This document shows positions 61,551 to 64,000 of a stretch of DNA of 64,000 nucleotides, in pieces. The position numbers were made by a program, and so were the translations under genes. Origin of the DNA: Patescibacteria group bacterium (GTDB taxonomy: Bacteria > Patescibacteriota > Patescibacteriia > Patescibacteriales > UBA12465); NCBI GenBank assembly GCA_041658665.1, contig JBAZZR010000002.1, positions 73,147 through 137,146 on the forward strand, read 5' to 3'. The notes beneath the pieces were generated by a model. It saw nothing but the letters and a program-made list of their open reading frames with translations. It did no database searches and had not been told where the DNA came from. How positions within the stretch are numbered: the stretch's first letter is position 1; every line of letters begins with the position of its first letter.

Positions 61551-61605
61551 CGAACCAGGATAAACGGCTTCAAAGGCCGCTGTCCTACCGTTAGACGATC
61601 TCGCA
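61535..61605 (-). tRNA. tRNA-Gln (anticodon UUG)
   Basis: Hand-folded cloverleaf: acceptor TGCGAGA/TCTCGCA, D-arm GTCT-AACGGTA-GGAC, anticodon arm GCGGC-CTTTGAA-GCCGT, T-arm CCTGG-TTCGAAT-CCAGG, discriminator G. CCA is not encoded. Confidence 0.9.
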
Positions 61606-61628
61606 AATATAGAAAAACTTACAAATGG

Positions 61629-61657
61629 ATATTATTAAAAAATGAATAGAATGTCAA
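61629..61657 (-). promoter_or_regulatory. Sigma-70-type promoter of tRNA-Gln
   Basis: On the minus strand: TTGACA-N17-TAATAT, about 24 nt upstream of the tRNA 5' end. Confidence 0.6.
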
Positions 61658-61683
61658 TTAGACTCTACCCCCTTATTATCTTT

Positions 61684-62598
61684 CTAAACACGGGCATAGC
61701 GACGAACGGCCAGAAAACTGGCGACCGCATTAATAAAGAAAACTATTAAAAATTGAGCACCAAAAACCGACCAAAAGTTATCAATAAAATAAGCTAAAAT
61801 GTTAATATTATAATCGACGAAAAAAGTTTCTAAATAGGGTTGTAAAAGGCTTAAGAATGGGAAAAAAACAGAAATTATTATTAGGATGCTAAATAAAGTA
61901 TAAATAAACGCCGAAACTATATAGGGCATATAAATAAAACGATTAGAAGCGCCGACTAAACGCATAATTTCTATCTCCTGGCGATGAGTATAAACAGTTA
62001 CTCTAATCGCATTATAAACTACCAATAAACTAATTAAAATAAAAATAGAGATTATAAAAAAACCAATTTCATTAACCCGTTTGGTAATATCATTCACTTT
62101 ACGTAAAATAGCGGAATTATCCGAAAAATCACGCGACTCAATAATAGGACTATCTAGAAGCTTTAACTCGTTTATTATTAAAGAAGACTCATCAAAATTT
62201 TTAGGTATTACCGTTAGACTAGGGGATAAGGGATTGCGGCCCAGCTCCTTTAAGGCGGCGAGCACTTCCGGATTATTAGCGTACTTTAAACGAAAAGAAT
62301 TAATGGCGGTCTGTTTAGAAATGTAAACCACCTCTTTAATCTTGGGTGAAGTCGCGATCCTGTCTTTCAAAGTAAGAATTTCACTATCCGTCGCTTCCGC
62401 TTTTAAATAGAGACTAATATCTATTTTCTCTTTGATGGCATTAACCGCACTATCGCTAATTAGACGAACGGTCATCAAGGTATTAATAGAAAAAAGTGAT
62501 AAAAGCAAAATAATAACGGTCGCAATCGTGAGCCAAACATTACGAACGATATCTTGAAAACTAAATTTTATAATCCGATATAAAGACAACATAGACAA
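61684..62598 (-). CDS. ftsX: Cell-division ABC transporter permease-like FtsX
   Basis: 304 aa with a TM1-periplasmic loop-TM2-4 layout, directly downstream of ftsE. Confidence 0.8.
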   Translation of the reverse strand: MSMLSLYRIIKFSFQDIVRNVWLTIATVIILLLSLFSINTLMTVRLISDSAVNAIKEKIDISLYLKAEATDSEILTLKDRIATSPKIKEVVYISKQTAINSFRLKYANNPEVLAALKELGRNPLSPSLTVIPKNFDESSLIINELKLLDSPIIESRDFSDNSAILRKVNDITKRVNEIGFFIISIFILISLLVVYNAIRVTVYTHRQEIEIMRLVGASNRFIYMPYIVSAFIYTLFSILIIISVFFPFLSLLQPYLETFFVDYNINILAYFIDNFWSVFGAQFLIVFFINAVASFLAVRRYARV

Positions 62599-62605
62599 AT
62601 TATTC

Positions 62606-63298
62606 TTAAAGTAAATATTTACCCTTTTCCTGATCGCTAATTATTTGGCCATGATCCATGGTAATAACGCGACGATTTAGACGATTCACGATTTCTTTAT
62701 TATGGGTAACTAAAATTACCGTGGTGCCAAAACGATTAATCCTCAAAAGAAGATTAACAATCTCGTCTGCATTAATCGCGTCTAAATTACCGGTCGGTTC
62801 ATCCGCTAATAAAATACGCGGCTGATGGACTAGAGCGCGGGCAATCGCGGCCCGCTGTTCTTCACCGCCGGAAACTTCACTAGGATAACGCTTTTTTTTA
62901 TCCTCCAAACCAACTATTTTTAAAACCGCTGGCACAATTTTTTTTATTTTAGCGGTACTCCCGCCGGAAACCTGTAAAGCAAAGGCGACATTCTCCTCTA
63001 AAGTTTTTTTTGGCAGGAGCTTAAAATCTTGAAAAATAACCCCAATCTGACGACGTAAATAAGGAACCTCTCGACGATTAATTCGAGTAATATCCCAATC
63101 GCCAATCGACACTTTCCCTTCATCGGCCTTTTCTTCACCGATTAAAAGACGGACTAGAGTAGTTTTGCCGGCTCCGGATTGACCGACGATAGAAACAAAT
63201 TCGCCTGGTTTTATATTTAAGCTAACTTGCTTTAAAACTTTAACTTTATTCCGATAAGTCTTGGAGACTTGAGTTAAATTAATCATATATCTCGACAA
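62606..63298 (-). CDS. ftsE: Cell-division ATP-binding protein FtsE
   Basis: Walker A GQSGAGKTT, signature VSGGEEQR, Walker B ILLADEP. Confidence 0.9.
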   Translation of the reverse strand: MSRYMINLTQVSKTYRNKVKVLKQVSLNIKPGEFVSIVGQSGAGKTTLVRLLIGEEKADEGKVSIGDWDITRINRREVPYLRRQIGVIFQDFKLLPKKTLEENVAFALQVSGGSTAKIKKIVPAVLKIVGLEDKKKRYPSEVSGGEEQRAAIARALVHQPRILLADEPTGNLDAINADEIVNLLLRINRFGTTVILVTHNKEIVNRLNRRVITMDHGQIISDQEKGKYLL

Positions 63299-63305
63299 TA
63301 AAATT

Positions 63306-64000
63306 TTATTTCTTAAGAAGCCTTAAACCATAACGAATTAGCTGTTCATTATCAGAAAAACCCGCTTCTTTACTTTTAGATCCAAAATTAATGGCGATTA
63401 AATTCCCTTGAGGCGACTCTACTCGCGTCATCAGACAATGTCCCGCTTCTTCTAAATAACCAGTCTTAGAACCGACGATGGGATATTTATTTAAACTTAA
63501 GAGCTGATTGGTATTAACGACTGTATGCGTTTGTTTAGTGTTAGCGGTCTTAAAAGTATAACGCTTCGTAATACTCGCTTTCTGCAAAATCGGATTTGAA
63601 AAAAGCTCTCTAGTTATTATAGCATAGTCAAGAGGAGAACTCACATTATCCGCTGATAAACCGGTCGGCTCAATAAATTTAGTATTCGAAGCTCCCCAAG
63701 TTTTAACTATTTCATTCATCCGGCCAATAAATTTAGTCCGACTAAGACCACTAACGCGCACCAGAGTCTCGATCGTATTATTGGCAGACCCGACTAAAGA
63801 ACTATAAATCAAATCTTCTATTTTTACCTGATCGCCAGATTTAAGTTTGAGGCGAGCCGATTCTTCCGGCCGACAGTAACGATTATTTTGCACTTCATCT
63901 TTTTTATCATAACTAACTAATTTTGATAATTTAGACTTAGTATCCAAAAAAATTTTAACGGCCACTAACTTAGTTAAACTAGCGAGCGGCAATACTTTAG
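63306..64000 (-). CDS. D-alanyl-D-alanine carboxypeptidase (peptidase S11), partial; N-terminus beyond the window end
   Basis: SxxK (ASLTK), SxN (GSANN) and KTG (SKTGY) motifs. The frame is still open at 64000; the track start is an internal TTG. Confidence 0.75.
   Translation of the reverse strand, partial: KVLPLASLTKLVAVKIFLDTKSKLSKLVSYDKKDEVQNNRYCRPEESARLKLKSGDQVKIEDLIYSSLVGSANNTIETLVRVSGLSRTKFIGRMNEIVKTWGASNTKFIEPTGLSADNVSSPLDYAIITRELFSNPILQKASITKRYTFKTANTKQTHTVVNTNQLLSLNKYPIVGSKTGYLEEAGHCLMTRVESPQGNLIAINFGSKSKEAGFSDNEQLIRYGLRLLKK

Noticed and set aside
61409-61606. 65-aa ORF in the track
   Set aside because: It lies entirely over tRNA-Gln and the repeat module and has no independent support. 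It is spurious.

Overview
This is an AT-rich, tightly packed bacterial chromosome segment. G+C was not computed. Small intergenic gaps, almost no Shine-Dalgarno motifs, many small or fused enzymes, and GT/polytopic membrane proteins resemble Patescibacteria/CPR-type genomes; that placement is inference only. Positions 1 to about 43.5 kb are core genome. They hold three tandem GT2 genes and a compact thymidylate module (dCMP deaminase, ThyA, DHFR-like, P-loop kinase, Tmk::Dut fusion). They also hold gatB, miaA, a miaB-like gene, mltG, groES-groEL with CIRCE, uppP, and a complete F1Fo ATP synthase operon. Further along are tatD, an hrcA-grpE-hsp20-dnaK-(GH1 beta-glucosidase)-dnaJ block behind a perfect CIRCE, PBP2, and an OmpR/HisKA pair followed by an isoprenoid-synthase-like gene. 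Positions about 44 to 61.6 kb are accessory: mostly minus-strand small enzyme genes (GNATs, EEP nucleases, HD, NUDIX, PfkB kinase, His-phosphatase, GrpB, GIY-YIG, hypotheticals), ending at tRNA-Gln(UUG) (61535-61605). ftsX/ftsE and a partial S11 carboxypeptidase follow. The main finding is that the tRNA-proximal 7 kb (possibly 11-17 kb) is a one-directional array of gene cassettes. Each cassette ends in a 26-27-nt box whose first half mimics the 3' end of the adjacent tRNA-Gln. A 103-bp perfect direct repeat, carrying a copy of the tRNA 3' 17-mer plus a terminator hairpin, brackets a single 681-aa gene that fuses a nucleoside-deoxyribosyltransferase-like domain to a polyprenyl-synthase-like domain. 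I saw no recombinase, transposase, CRISPR array or rRNA in the window. All calls rest on reading the ORF translations and the DNA by eye; no searches were run.
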